A stretch of 64,000 bases of DNA from an uncultured Peptococcaceae bacterium (GCA_963931105.1 OZ007004.1:622973-686972), one strand, 5' to 3'. Counted from the stretch's first letter, positions 27,063 through 38,100 are shown. Translations and numbers: made by a program. Notes: generated by a model not told the origin, from the sequence alone.

Positions 27063-27497
27063 TTATCGTTCAAATTTCATCGGAATATAGCAAATGCCGT
27101 CGGTTTCCTGCTCATCGCCCGTCACCGCAAATCCTAAACGCTCATAAATCGGCGCTGCATATAATGAAGCATTGACCGTGTACGCTGGGCAAACGCTGTG
27201 CGCCAAAAGATGTTCCCAAAGTGTACGACCAATTCCGCGCCCTTGCGCCTCCGCCCGCACAAAATAGAGCACAACATGTCCCTGAATATCATCCGCAACC
27301 AAAATTCCCTGCAAAAAATTCCCTTCGTACGCACCGTAACATATATAGCCAGTCAACATGTCATCATTCATCACAAAATCGCGAAATGATGCAACACCTT
27401 TTGTTGAATAATCCGGCGCGACAAACTGGTCAAAAACTTCCATAATCAGTGCTCGCATTATGCTCTTATCCGTCTCCGGAATCTCTTTTATCAGCAT
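27063..27497 (-). CDS. GNAT family N-acetyltransferase
   Basis: ...VRAEAQGRGIGRTLWEHLL... acetyl-CoA binding motif. Confidence 0.85.
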   Translation of the reverse strand: MLIKEIPETDKSIMRALIMEVFDQFVAPDYSTKGVASFRDFVMNDDMLTGYICYGAYEGNFLQGILVADDIQGHVVLYFVRAEAQGRGIGRTLWEHLLAHSVCPAYTVNASLYAAPIYERLGFAVTGDEQETDGICYIPMKFER

Positions 27498-27501
27498 AAC
27501 T

Positions 27502-27918
27502 CTAACTCTCCTTTACCCCTAACAAATCTGCAGCCCACAAAGTCTCAAACGTATTCACCGCACCTCCGTGTCGAACAATTTTCCCATCCATTATCGTATC
27601 AATATTTACCCCGTAAAAAACAAGTTGTTTTCCTGTTGGTGCTATCCCCAACCATTCACCATCGTGATAAGCCGTCATCTTAAATTCTGACACCACTGTA
27701 TTACGCTCCTCATACTGGCGCAAAATTTTCATCTCGTACTGAGAATACGTTTTCCGCACCGTTGCCAAATGTGCGCACATTCCATCAGCACCAAGCGGGA
27801 ATTCTTGTCCATCTGCGCAACCCACACAATCGTCGCTCACAAATTGTGCCACCTCTGACAAGCGATGTTCACTGACGATTACTTCATAAAAATACCGCAC
27901 CAACGTCTTGTTATTCAT
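27502..27918 (-). CDS. SnoaL-like ester cyclase family protein
   Basis: 138 aa; N-terminal NKTLVRYFYEVI... and ...GVNIDTIMDGKIV... are typical of the SnoaL-like fold. Confidence 0.7.
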   Translation of the reverse strand: MNNKTLVRYFYEVIVSEHRLSEVAQFVSDDCVGCADGQEFPLGADGMCAHLATVRKTYSQYEMKILRQYEERNTVVSEFKMTAYHDGEWLGIAPTGKQLVFYGVNIDTIMDGKIVRHGGAVNTFETLWAADLLGVKES

Positions 27919-28255
27919 TGTCCGGCCAACCCCTTTCTAGCAGCCTACTATCAAAGATTTTTTCTATTCTATCATAATTCTCTTAAAAAATCAGGATTTT
28001 AATATGCCGAGCATGTAAAGTAAAAATGTACCCTGTGCAACGAGTGTTTATTGCACAGGGTATATTTTTATTCAGCCAGCACGTTCTAAGTGCGAATGCA
28101 CACCGGAAAGCTGAGCGTTTGGTCAGCCCCCAGCGCATTCTCTCGTCTGAAAATGATTGTACCCTTTCTTCCTGCATCACGTCAAGAACACGTCAACACG
28201 CATTTTTTCGCCACTACCTAAAAAGGATGCCCCGCTACGGGACATCCCAAATTAA

Positions 28256-29011
28256 TTATGTTTCGAACAAAAATCTCTTCACCACGCGCGCGATCTCTTC
28301 CGCTTTTGACAGGATCAGCGGGTGTGCGCCATCTTCATAAATCTTATAGCGGATCAACGGATTCGCGGCGCTGAGCTGAGCACATTCCGCCGCCATATCG
28401 TTTGCAAGCATCTCGTCGGCGCGGCTCACAGTGATGAGAAGCGGCACCTGAATCGTCTCGATCGGGCGGACAAAAAGCGACGCGCCACTCTCTGCAAGCG
28501 CCACGAGCGCCGCTGTATCCTGGTCAACAACCCGCTCCCAATCTGCACCCTGATTCCATTCGTAAAAGCCTCGCGCCATGTCATCCGCTTTGGCAGCCGC
28601 ACGCTCAGCGCGAAGCGCAGCGGAAAATCCCGGCGCCAAACGCTGACCATCGAAACTGTCTGCAATCACACAGCGAAATAGCTCCGGCCGCAGCAGCGCT
28701 GCGTTGATCGCTGCGTAAGCGCCGCCGCTCGTTCCGATAAGATTTATCTTGTTATAGCCCAGCGTCTCCGCCAACGCCACAACCTGCTTCCCCTGGTCAA
28801 GCCAGATATTTTCCGGGAATCGTTCCACGCGATCCGAGCGCCCATTCCCCAGAAAATCCATGCGGATGACCTCAAGTTCATCCGTGTAAAGCGGCATCAA
28901 CATTTCAAACATCATCGACGACGCCGTATTTCCATGCAAAAACAACATCGGCATACCGCCGCCCTCTGACGTATAGTAAATGTTCTTTCCTTGATAAACA
29001 AAATAACTCAT
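28256..29011 (-). CDS. alpha/beta hydrolase
   Basis: HGNTASS oxyanion region and GTSGGA nucleophile elbow. GAAGGAGG RBS lies before ATG 29011. Confidence 0.85.
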   Translation of the reverse strand: MSYFVYQGKNIYYTSEGGGMPMLFLHGNTASSMMFEMLMPLYTDELEVIRMDFLGNGRSDRVERFPENIWLDQGKQVVALAETLGYNKINLIGTSGGAYAAINAALLRPELFRCVIADSFDGQRLAPGFSAALRAERAAAKADDMARGFYEWNQGADWERVVDQDTAALVALAESGASLFVRPIETIQVPLLITVSRADEMLANDMAAECAQLSAANPLIRYKIYEDGAHPLILSKAEEIARVVKRFLFET

Positions 29012-29174
29012 ATTGACCTCCTTCATCGTTCAGCGCGACAACAGCAGGTCAGTGATCGTGACCTGCACGATCAATTCCAGATCCCCATCAGGATCACCTC
29101 CGTATTCTTTGCACAACATATCTGCTGCGCGCTCCACAAAAAACGCGAGCCCAGTTTTTCCGAGCTCGCATTTT

Positions 29175-29545
29175 TTAGTTATCTTTTTTCAAGCGCTCGA
29201 TCGTTTCATGGATGGCTTCGATGCCATAAGCAACGTTCAGGCGCGTCAGGAGTTTTTCGAGAATCTCGTCTGCAAGATGCCAGGGTTTTCCGGTCGTTTC
29301 ATAGAAATCGGCCGCTAGTGTCTGGCGAATCTCGGCCAACGGCAGCGCATCGATCTCCTGTAGATGGCTGCCGAAAAATTTCTCGATCGCATGCGCCTCT
29401 TCCGGCTGCACGCGATATTTTATGAGCGTTGATTCGTACGTGTCAAGTCCTGTTTTTTCACACAGAGATCATCGATCACACGCATGATCCACGAGAGCTC
29501 AGTCATCACCTCGCTCACAAATTCATCTTTAAGAAGTCCTGCCAT
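29175..29545 (-). pseudogene. hypothetical ~120-aa protein, frame broken in the T6 run 29453-29458
   Basis: MAGLLKDEFVSEVMTELSWIMRVIDDLCVKK... (ATG 29545, RBS AAAGGAA) stops early. One extra A restores ...KKTGLDTYESTLIKYRVQPEEAHAIEKFF... and joins ORF 29175-29411. Confidence 0.6.
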
Positions 29546-29594
29546 GATCAAATTCCTTTGCGTTTATGCCAATACACACTCTGCCAGCCTTCGC

Positions 29595-30488
29595 TCAATA
29601 CAGCCCGTCGTCTTCGCCGGTGTCGCGGTTGTGCTTGCTGATGAAAAAGAGTGCGAGGGCGCCGGGACCGAGGTGGGAGCCGGTAACTGGCTCGTGGGGA
29701 ACGACCCAGAGTTCTTTCGGTGGATGGTTTTTCCGGATCATTGCGGCGAGTGTCTGGGCGTCGTCGAGGCAGCCGGCGTAGCTGATGCAGACGGTCTGCT
29801 CGTCGGCGCGGACGACGTTGTCGTCGTAATATTGCGCGAGCGCTTTGATGGCTTTCTTACGGCCGCGGATCTTGGCGAAGGTAACGATGACGCCTTCGTC
29901 GGCGGCTTTGAGCAGCGGTTTGATATTCAGCGCGCTGCCGACCCAGGCACTGAAATTGGAGCAGCGTCCGGTGCGGCCGAGATACATGAGATCGTCGACG
30001 GTGAAAACCTGATAAATGTAGCGCACGCAACGCTCGCCAGCGGCGGCGGCGGCATCAAAATCAGCGCCTGCATCACGCGCGTCGGCGCAGACCATAACGG
30101 GGATGCCTTCGCCAAAACCTGCGCCGCGGGTGTTGATGAGCGCGATGCGGCGCTCTGGAAATTCGGCCAGAAGTTCGTCGCGTGCGCTGGCGGCGCTGTC
30201 GTAAGAGCCGCTGATGCGGCGCGCCATGCAGACGTAGATGATATCCTCTCCGCGCTCGAGCACGGGCCGGAAGGCCTGGATAAAATTGCCGGGCGTGATC
30301 TGCGAGGTTGTAACGGCTTTTCCTTCCTTCATCGCTGTGTAATAAGCGGTGTCCTCAAAGGCTGCGGTATCGAGACAGGTGTGCTCCTCGCCGTCGATAT
30401 AGTAATAGAGCGGGATGACGTGGATATTATGCGCGCGGCAATACGCAGTCGGCAGATTGGCTGAGGTATCGGTAAATAGTTGGTACAT
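29595..30488 (-). CDS. DegV family fatty-acid-binding protein
   Basis: MYQLFTDTSANLP...TTSQITPGNF... DegV pattern, 297 aa. Confidence 0.88.
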   Translation of the reverse strand: MYQLFTDTSANLPTAYCRAHNIHVIPLYYYIDGEEHTCLDTAAFEDTAYYTAMKEGKAVTTSQITPGNFIQAFRPVLERGEDIIYVCMARRISGSYDSAASARDELLAEFPERRIALINTRGAGFGEGIPVMVCADARDAGADFDAAAAAGERCVRYIYQVFTVDDLMYLGRTGRCSNFSAWVGSALNIKPLLKAADEGVIVTFAKIRGRKKAIKALAQYYDDNVVRADEQTVCISYAGCLDDAQTLAAMIRKNHPPKELWVVPHEPVTGSHLGPGALALFFISKHNRDTGEDDGLY

Positions 30489-30512
30489 GCTGAGTCCCCC
30501 TTGTGGGCTGTG

Positions 30513-31001
30513 CTAGTGAATGAGCGCGTCTTCGATGGCGGCTGCAGCCTTCGCAAGATTGCGGAAATCGCGCTCTTTGCTCTGGCCGTTCCATTCGGTG
30601 GCGTTGCGCAAGCGCAGACGGATTTGATCTTTGCTGCCGGCGATGGCAAAATCGGCGCATTTGCCGTCGCCTTTATGGCGATCGATGGCTGTGCGCTGCA
30701 CTTCGCCAAGATCGATGACGGTCTGGTTCGGGCAAATGACGGTGAGATGGCGACCATCCAGCCGCAGTGTGTATTCGCCGAGGGTCGAATGCTGCATACG
30801 CCGCACGACGATCGAAAATGCCACGATCGCCGGCACAACGACGACGACCCAGAAAAGTGCACGACTCGGCAAAAGATCTGGCAACAGCAGATCGAAAATG
30901 ACGAACATTAAAAGCATGACCCCGACAAGCGTGGCGCCGCCGGCGATGGCTGTGGCGCGTTCTCCGCTTGGGGTGTTGGCTGTAAATTGAAATTCCTGCA
31001 T
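30513..31001 (-). CDS. hypothetical membrane protein (2 TM plus soluble C-terminal domain)
   Basis: Hydrophobic segments GATLVGVMLLMFVIFDLLL and FWVVVVVPAIVAFSIVV. No family recognised. Confidence 0.5.
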   Translation of the reverse strand: MQEFQFTANTPSGERATAIAGGATLVGVMLLMFVIFDLLLPDLLPSRALFWVVVVVPAIVAFSIVVRRMQHSTLGEYTLRLDGRHLTVICPNQTVIDLGEVQRTAIDRHKGDGKCADFAIAGSKDQIRLRLRNATEWNGQSKERDFRNLAKAAAAIEDALIH

Positions 31002-31144
31002 GAATCCTCACCTCTTTCGCCTGCGCGCAGGCGATGAACTATCACATAATAGTGTACCATATTTTTCGCGCGGCGTCCCCTCTCTGCGGCAGATTTTCCG
31101 TGCGAACGCATAAAAATCTCCGCAGGATCCTGCGGAGATGGCGT

Positions 31145-32350
31145 TCAATCGACGAAAACATAGCGAGCGAGCCGCGCAAACGCTTCCTCAACGCGGGCGC
31201 GCGGCAGCGCAAGATTCATGCGCAGATGGCAGGCGCCGTGAAACGGCCGACCATCCTGCACAATGACGCCGACATCCCAGGCTGCGCGCAAGATGTCGTC
31301 GATGCTGCGCCCATGCTGCGCGCACCACTCGCTGCAATCGACAAAGAGCATATAGGTGCCCTGTGGATGCGCGGTGCGCACGCCTGAAAAATGCCGAGCG
31401 ATAAAATCGCAGGCAAAATCCACGTTCCCGCCCAAAACCTGGCGCAGCTCATCGAGCCAAACCTGTCCGTCGTCGCTGTAGGCGCCAATGAGCGCGTGCA
31501 TGGAGAGCACATTCATAGCGTTGTAATGACTGAGGGACGCTTCCTTAGCGATGCGGTCGCGCAGCCAGGGATTGTAAATGATGTGGTAGCTGCCAACAAG
31601 GCCGGCAAGGTTAAATGTTTTCGACGGCGCATAGAGCGCGACTGTGCGCTGACGCGCATCCTCGCTCACTGACTGCGTCGGGATATGCTTGTAGCCAGGC
31701 AGCGTAAGATCGGACCAGATCTCGTCAGAAATAACGGCGACATCGTATTTTTCAAACAGCGCCATGGCGCGCGCCAATTCCCAGCGCTCCCAGACGCGAC
31801 CACTCGGATTGTGCGGCGAGCAGAGAATCGCTGCGTGAATGTGCTGGCTGGAAAGCTTCTCCTCCATGTCGGCGAAATCCATGCGCCAGATGCCCGCCTC
31901 GTCCAAAACGAGCGGCGAATGCACGATCTCGTAGCCGTTGTTTGCGAGCGTGCCGGTGAAACCGATGTACGTTGGCGAATGAACGAGCACCTTGTCGCCA
32001 CGCGAGCAGAGCACAGCAAGCGCACTGGCGACGCCGCCGAGCACACCATTTTCGTAGCCGATCGCTTCCGGCGTCAGATCCTCCACGCCATTGCGCGTTT
32101 TCTGCCAGCGGATGATCGCGTCATAATACGCATCGCTCGGCAGAAAATAGCCAAACGCCGGATGCGCAATGCGGCGCGCGATCGCCTCAGTGATCGTCGG
32201 CACCGTTGGAAAATTCATATCCGCCACCCACATCGGGATCGCATCAAAGCCTTCTTTCGGCGCGCCTGGAAACCCCGGCAGCCCCAGCGCATCCACCGCC
32301 ATCGCATCCTTGCCGCGCCGCTCCATGATCGTTGTAAAATCGTAAGTCAT
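31145..32350 (-). CDS. MalY/PatB family PLP-dependent C-S lyase (aminotransferase class I/II)
   Basis: 401 aa; ...LYAPSKTFNLAGL... PLP-lysine motif. Confidence 0.88.
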   Translation of the reverse strand: MTYDFTTIMERRGKDAMAVDALGLPGFPGAPKEGFDAIPMWVADMNFPTVPTITEAIARRIAHPAFGYFLPSDAYYDAIIRWQKTRNGVEDLTPEAIGYENGVLGGVASALAVLCSRGDKVLVHSPTYIGFTGTLANNGYEIVHSPLVLDEAGIWRMDFADMEEKLSSQHIHAAILCSPHNPSGRVWERWELARAMALFEKYDVAVISDEIWSDLTLPGYKHIPTQSVSEDARQRTVALYAPSKTFNLAGLVGSYHIIYNPWLRDRIAKEASLSHYNAMNVLSMHALIGAYSDDGQVWLDELRQVLGGNVDFACDFIARHFSGVRTAHPQGTYMLFVDCSEWCAQHGRSIDDILRAAWDVGVIVQDGRPFHGACHLRMNLALPRARVEEAFARLARYVFVD

Positions 32351-32455
32351 CGTTCATCCTCCTCTGATCTCATTCCAGCTTAACGTCTGCACAGTAGCCT
32401 GTCAACAGCCACAGAAAAAGCGCCCGGACGAAAATCTTCATCCGAGCGCCGTCCG

Positions 32456-34081
32456 TCAGTCGTTATGCTCCGGTTCTGCGTTCAATTTGACGACAACCAC
32501 GCCGTCAATAATGACGATCGAGCCTTCCGCCGGATAATTTGGCATCGCCACAACCTCCGGTTTCGCCGCGATCTCGCGCGCCCATTCGCGCTTGTCCGCA
32601 ACATTGTCCGACGAGTTTGTCAGATAAACCTCGCCCGGATACGCCATGTAATACCGCAAAAATTCACCATAGCTGTATTTCGCGCGCAGCTGGCCAGCGT
32701 CCAGCACGCCCACCATCCAGAGCTCCGAAAGCTCAGGAATTTGCGCCGTAAAGCTCGACTCCGTCACCGAGCTGCCGGTGAGCACCAGCGTCATCCCCGG
32801 CGTGTAGCCCGGCGTCTGCTCAATAGCGCTGATCAGGCGGTTCGAATACGCCATGAGCTGATCGCGGCTGAGCGACATCTTGAGATAGGCTTTGTTGTCC
32901 GTCACCACGTAAGAATACGCCGTAAAGCTCATGCAGATCACGATCACCCAGCCTACAAACGTCGTCACGATCCGCCCCGTTCCGCCGAGCTCCGCCAGGT
33001 GCGCTTCTGCGTAGCTCGCCAGCGCCAGCGGCAGCACCAGCAGATAGATCGTGCCATAAAGCATGAGATCGTGCACCGCGCCGCCAGCGACCATCACATG
33101 GATGAGATCGCCCGCCAGCGGATAGAGCACAGCCAGCACCATCGCCAAAAGCGCATGCCCCAGGCCGACCCCCTTGCGCGCAACGAGCGTCAACAGCAAA
33201 ACCACCGCCATCACCAGCGCCACAACGATCAGCGGCTTGGCAAAGGTGAAAAGCTGGCCCGTGCCGTTGTTCCAGAAATAACTGCCGTACTCCTGATAGC
33301 ATTTGACAATGAGCGACGGCAGCTCGCCAAGCGAAAGATGGCCCATCTCAGAAATGCCCATATAATCCGTCAGGCCGCCAGCATTGCGCATCACCCAGCG
33401 CGCGATTACCATATACGCTGCGATCGCCACGCCCAACGTCAGCACCATCTTTACACCACGCAGGAAAAGTCGTCCCAGCGAAAGCTCGCCATCCAGCGTG
33501 TCAAAGAGCAGCGCCCCGACCATCAGCACCGCCGCCACCGGAAAATAGCTCTGGTAAATCCCCAGCGACAGGATCAGCGCCACCGCACCCAGCGGCAGAC
33601 CCATGCGCGGCATCCGCGCCGCTGCATACGCCGCAAACGACGCCAGAAACAGTCCAAAGAAATACGCATCCGCCGTGAACATATAGCTGAACGTCGCCGC
33701 CACCGTCGGATACGCCACCAAAAGCGTCACCGTTATCAGTGCGCCGAGACGCCCCTGAATGCGCAGCAAGCTTACCGTAAAGCACGCCGTCAGCGCCAGG
33801 CAGAGCACAGAAAGCGCGCCGATCAGCCACGGCATGCTGTACGTGCCATCCCAGCCCAGCACGATCGGCAAAAACCAGCGCCCAGACTGCGCGCCGTATT
33901 CACATTGCAGCAGATGATAGATATCGTCATGATTGAGCAGGTCGTTCGTGAACGCGTACATGTGCGTGACCAGCCCCATGACCACCGCCATCACAAACGT
34001 CCAGCGAATCTGTCCCGGCACCTTCTGCCAAAAACGATCCGCCGCCACATTTGGCGACAACGAGCAATTTTCGTCCATCAA
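32456..34081 (-). CDS. polytopic membrane protein, glucosyltransferase GtrII-like (tentative)
   Basis: ~12 TM plus a C-terminal extracytoplasmic domain. N-terminal ...NDLLNHDDIYHL...SGRWFLP resembles Glucos_trans_II. Confidence 0.6.
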   Translation of the reverse strand: MMDENCSLSPNVAADRFWQKVPGQIRWTFVMAVVMGLVTHMYAFTNDLLNHDDIYHLLQCEYGAQSGRWFLPIVLGWDGTYSMPWLIGALSVLCLALTACFTVSLLRIQGRLGALITVTLLVAYPTVAATFSYMFTADAYFFGLFLASFAAYAAARMPRMGLPLGAVALILSLGIYQSYFPVAAVLMVGALLFDTLDGELSLGRLFLRGVKMVLTLGVAIAAYMVIARWVMRNAGGLTDYMGISEMGHLSLGELPSLIVKCYQEYGSYFWNNGTGQLFTFAKPLIVVALVMAVVLLLTLVARKGVGLGHALLAMVLAVLYPLAGDLIHVMVAGGAVHDLMLYGTIYLLVLPLALASYAEAHLAELGGTGRIVTTFVGWVIVICMSFTAYSYVVTDNKAYLKMSLSRDQLMAYSNRLISAIEQTPGYTPGMTLVLTGSSVTESSFTAQIPELSELWMVGVLDAGQLRAKYSYGEFLRYYMAYPGEVYLTNSSDNVADKREWAREIAAKPEVVAMPNYPAEGSIVIIDGVVVVKLNAEPEHND

Positions 34082-34291
34082 CGCTCCTCCTTCATCAGGC
34101 GCCCAGCTCCCGCCACGCGCGAAAGATCATATCATGCCATATTGTACCATATTTCCGCCCGCCGGTCTCTAGCGAAATAGCAACCATCGGAAAAAAGTTC
34201 ACCATAATATTTGAGCGCCACCACAAACAACACAGCCCTCGCAGCGCACCAAAATATCGCTGTGAAGGGCTGGATGGTTTATTCTGTTTTC

Positions 34292-36211
34292 TCACTCCAG
34301 CTCAAACGCACCGGTGTAGAGCTGGTAGTAGGTGCCGTGTTGAGCCATGAGTTCGTCGTGGGTGCCGCGTTCGATGATCTTGCCGTGATCGAGGACCATG
34401 ACGACGTTGGCGTTTTGGATGGTAGAGAGTCGGTGGGCGATGACGAAGACGGTGCGTCCTTCCATGAGCGCGTCCATGCCGCGCTGGACGAGGGCTTCGG
34501 TGCGCGTATCGATGGACGAGGTTGCTTCGTCGAGGATCATCACCGGCGGATTGCTGACGGCGGCGCGAGCGATAGAGAGGAGCTGACGCTGTCCCTGGCT
34601 GAGTCCGGCGCCATCGCCGGCGAGGATGGTGTCGTACCCCTGCGGCAACATACGGATGAAGCCGTCGGCATTGGCGAGCTTTGCTGCGGCGATGCATTCT
34701 TCATCGCTGGCGGCCGGGTTGCCGTAGCGGATATTTTCCATGACGCTGCCGGTGAAGAGGTTGACATCCTGAAGTACGATGCCGAGGGAGCGACGCAGAT
34801 CGTTCTTGCGGATTTTTTTGACGTCGATGCCATCGTAGAGGATGGTGCCGTCGTCGATGTCGTAAAACCGATTGATCAGATTGGTGATGGTGGTTTTGCC
34901 TGCCCCGGTGGCGCCGACGAAAGCGACTTTCTGTCCAGGCTTAGCGTAGAGGGTGATGTCGTGGAGGATCTGCTTGGCTGGTGTGTAGCCGAAATTAACG
35001 TGCTCGAGTCGAACATCGCCGCGCAGGCGACGGTACTCAGCGCTGCCATTTTGCACACGCTTCCAGGCCCAGATGCCAGTGTGGTGATCGCTCTCGGCGA
35101 AGGAACCGTCTGCGTTTTCTGTGACATTGACAAGGACAACGCTGCCGTCGTCGATCTCGTCAGGTTCATCCATGAGCGCAAAAATGCGCGCGGCACCAGC
35201 GAGCGCTGTGATGATGGCGTTGAGCTGGCTGGAGATCTGCGTCACTGGCATGGTGAAATTGCGCGCGAGGGTGAGAAAGCTGGCGATCATGCCGACGGTC
35301 ATCGGGCCAAAACCGCTGAGGCTGAGATTGGTGACGCCGCCGATGGCCATGGCTGCGCCAACGAGGGCGACGACGATGTACTGGAGATAGCCGAAGCCGT
35401 TCATGATCGGCATCATGGCCATGGCGTGGCCGTTGGAAAGATAGGCGGCTTCTTCCCAGGCTTTGTTGCGGCGCTGCATTTCTTCCTTGGCTTTGTTCTC
35501 GTAGCCGAAAACCTTGACGACTTTTTCGCCGTTGATGATCTCTTCAACGTAGCCATCGAGGGCGGCGAGCGTGGTCTGCTGCTTCATAAAATACGGACCG
35601 GAAAGACCAGTGATGAAACCGGCGATCTTGATCACGCAAAAAATTCCGAGCACCATGAGAATGGTCAGCCAAACGCTAATGGTCAGCATGGAAACGAAAA
35701 CGGTGACGAGTGTGAAGAACGAGCTCACAGCTGCAGTGAAGGTCTGGCTCATCATCTGGCGCAGGGTGTCGACGTCGTTGGTGTAGAGGCTCATGACGTC
35801 GCCGTATTCGTGGCTGTCGAAATAACGGATCGGCAGGCGCTGCATTTTAGCGAACATGTCGTTGCGCATGCGTTCCATGGTGCGCTGCGCGACGAAGGCC
35901 ATGATCCAGCTGTAAGCCAGCGTGGCGACGATGCCGCTGGCCAAAAGCAGACACATGCGGAAGATGGCGTGGAGCAGGCCGCTCATGTCGGGATCAGCAA
36001 CGCCGATGAGCGGGGTGATGTAATCGTCGATGAGCGTGCGCAGAAAAAGCGAGCTTGCTGCAGAAGCGATGGCGCTGATCAGCACGCAGACGACGACAAC
36101 TGCGAGCAGCGCTTTGTAGGCGCCAAAATAATTGAGCAGCCGTTTCAGGGTATTTTTGTCGAAACTTTTGAGGGTTTTGCGCGAAAGCATCGGGCCGTGT
36201 CTTGGGCTCAT
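34292..36211 (-). CDS. ABC transporter ATP-binding/permease protein (exporter half-transporter)
   Basis: 6-TM domain plus Walker A GATGAGKTT, LSQGQRQ, ILDEATS. ATGA overlap with the upstream partner. Confidence 0.92.
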   Translation of the reverse strand: MSPRHGPMLSRKTLKSFDKNTLKRLLNYFGAYKALLAVVVVCVLISAIASAASSLFLRTLIDDYITPLIGVADPDMSGLLHAIFRMCLLLASGIVATLAYSWIMAFVAQRTMERMRNDMFAKMQRLPIRYFDSHEYGDVMSLYTNDVDTLRQMMSQTFTAAVSSFFTLVTVFVSMLTISVWLTILMVLGIFCVIKIAGFITGLSGPYFMKQQTTLAALDGYVEEIINGEKVVKVFGYENKAKEEMQRRNKAWEEAAYLSNGHAMAMMPIMNGFGYLQYIVVALVGAAMAIGGVTNLSLSGFGPMTVGMIASFLTLARNFTMPVTQISSQLNAIITALAGAARIFALMDEPDEIDDGSVVLVNVTENADGSFAESDHHTGIWAWKRVQNGSAEYRRLRGDVRLEHVNFGYTPAKQILHDITLYAKPGQKVAFVGATGAGKTTITNLINRFYDIDDGTILYDGIDVKKIRKNDLRRSLGIVLQDVNLFTGSVMENIRYGNPAASDEECIAAAKLANADGFIRMLPQGYDTILAGDGAGLSQGQRQLLSIARAAVSNPPVMILDEATSSIDTRTEALVQRGMDALMEGRTVFVIAHRLSTIQNANVVMVLDHGKIIERGTHDELMAQHGTYYQLYTGAFELE

Positions 36212-37956
36212 TCTTCCAATCCCCCTTTCTGCTGAGATTCGTACACATCGCGATAGATCTCGCAGCTGGCGAGAAGTTCCTCGTGGGTGCCGCAGGCTTC
36301 CACGCGACCGTCGTCGAGCACGACGATCTGATCAGCGTGAGCCAGAGAGGAAACGCGCTGAGCGATGATGATCTTGGTGGTCGTCGGGATATATTCCCGC
36401 AGGCCTTGTTGAATGAGCGCGTCTGTGCGCGTATCCACAGCGCTGGTGCTGTCGTCGAGGATGAGGATCTTCGGCTGCTTCAAGAGGGCGCGGGCGATGC
36501 AGAGTCGCTGCTTCTGTCCACCGGAGACATTGGAACCGCCCTGCTCGATGTGGGTATCGTAGCCTTCTGGCATTTGATCGATGAATTCATCAGCGCAGGC
36601 GAGATGGGCAACGTGGCGAATCTCTTCGTCTGTGGCGTGCTCATTTCCCCAACGCAGGTTGTCGGCGATAGTGCCGGAAAAAAGCTCGTTTTTCTGCAGC
36701 ACCATCGCCACCTCGCCGCGCAGCACATCGAGATCGTAATCGCGCACGTCCACGCCGCCGACGAGCACACGCCCGTCGGTGACATCGTAGAGGCGCGGGA
36801 TCAGCTGCACGAGCGAGCTTTTCGACGAGCCTGTGGCGCCGAGGATCCCCACTGTGCTGCCGGATGGGAACGTGAGATTGATATCTGAGAGCACGTCCTT
36901 GTCGCTCTCGTCGCGATAGTGGAAGCTGACGTGCTCAAAGCGTACCTCTCCATTTTTCACCTGCATCACAGGCTCTGCCGGCGCAGCGATGGTGCTTTCT
37001 TCTGTGAGGATCTCATAAATGCGTTTCACCGGCGCACTCGAAATAAGGATCATCACAAAAACCATCGAGAGCATCATCATGCTCATGAGGATCTGGATGG
37101 CGTAGGTGAAAAGCGCTGTCAGCGAACCGGTCGTGAGCCCAACTGCGGCGTCGTTGCCGCTGGCGATGATGGCTTCTGCGCCAAACCAGCTGATGAGCAT
37201 CATGCATGTATACATGCTGATCTGCATGACAGGACCATTCAGCGCGATGATGCATTCAGCGAGCGTGTACAATCTGCGAATGACCGCGCTCACAAGATTG
37301 AATTTTTTGATCTCGAACGCTTCCTGGTTGAACGATTTGACAACGCGAATGCCGCGCACGTCTTCCTGCACCACATTGTTGAGATTGTCGTAATTCGTGA
37401 AGATCTTGCCAAAGATCGGATAGGAGAAAAAGATGATGATCCCGAGCGCCACAGCCAAGATCGGCAGCGCCCAGAAAAAGATCGCCGAGATCTCGCGGTC
37501 AATGCTGAACGCCATGATCACCGCAAAGATCATCATCATTGGTGAGCGCACCGCCATGCGGATCATCATATTGTAGGCGTTGCGCACGTAGGTGATGTCC
37601 GTCGTTAAACGCGTCACGATCGACGAGGTCGAAAACTTGTCGATGTTCGCGAAAGAAAATGTCTGCACCCGCGCGAACATATCCTCGCGCAGATTCGCAG
37701 AAAATCCTGCCGACGCGTAGGAGCCGCGATACGCCGAGCCCACGCCCGTCGCACACTGGAGCGCTGCAAAAAGCAGCAACAGCCCGCCAAAGATCGCCAC
37801 CTGGCGCATATCGCCTGCTTCGATGCCGCGATCGATGAGATAGCTCATCCAGAACGGGATAACGATCTCAAAGACGGCTTCGATCGCAGCGAGAAAGATC
37901 GTCTGAAACGTCGCCGCTTTATATTCTCGGACACTGCCGAGGATTGTTCTGATCAT
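36208..37956 (-). CDS. ABC transporter ATP-binding/permease protein (heterodimer partner)
   Basis: 6-TM domain plus GATGSSKSS, VSGGQKQR, ILDDSTS. GGAGGG RBS lies before ATG 37956. Confidence 0.92.
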   Translation of the reverse strand: MIRTILGSVREYKAATFQTIFLAAIEAVFEIVIPFWMSYLIDRGIEAGDMRQVAIFGGLLLLFAALQCATGVGSAYRGSYASAGFSANLREDMFARVQTFSFANIDKFSTSSIVTRLTTDITYVRNAYNMMIRMAVRSPMMMIFAVIMAFSIDREISAIFFWALPILAVALGIIIFFSYPIFGKIFTNYDNLNNVVQEDVRGIRVVKSFNQEAFEIKKFNLVSAVIRRLYTLAECIIALNGPVMQISMYTCMMLISWFGAEAIIASGNDAAVGLTTGSLTALFTYAIQILMSMMMLSMVFVMILISSAPVKRIYEILTEESTIAAPAEPVMQVKNGEVRFEHVSFHYRDESDKDVLSDINLTFPSGSTVGILGATGSSKSSLVQLIPRLYDVTDGRVLVGGVDVRDYDLDVLRGEVAMVLQKNELFSGTIADNLRWGNEHATDEEIRHVAHLACADEFIDQMPEGYDTHIEQGGSNVSGGQKQRLCIARALLKQPKILILDDSTSAVDTRTDALIQQGLREYIPTTTKIIIAQRVSSLAHADQIVVLDDGRVEACGTHEELLASCEIYRDVYESQQKGGLEE

Positions 37957-38053
37957 GGTTCGTCCCTCCATGTATGGTCAAAAAATAAACGACCTCTGCA
38001 AAGAAGCCGTCAGCGGCTGCGCGTGCACACAACCGCTATCATATAGTTTAACG

Positions 38054-38094
38054 AAAACGGCGGCAGAACGTCAATCGCTCTGCCGCCGTTTTTA
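38054..38094. terminator. rho-independent terminator (after the GNAT gene on the minus strand)
   Basis: CGGCGGCAG-loop-CUGCCGCCG flanked by an A-run and a U-run. Confidence 0.75.
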
Positions 38095-38100
38095 TCGATT

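Noticed and set aside
28040-28220. Possible small gene or RNA between the SnoaL-like and hydrolase genes
   Set aside because: It contains only a 12-bp-stem hairpin (terminator-like, ~28027-28064) and a weak 65-aa ORF without an RBS. The evidence is insufficient for a feature.
32465-36235. Long plus-strand ORFs (571 aa and 674 aa)
   Set aside because: They are antisense to the GtrII-like membrane protein and the ABC exporter genes, with extreme R/H/Q or D/G/A composition.
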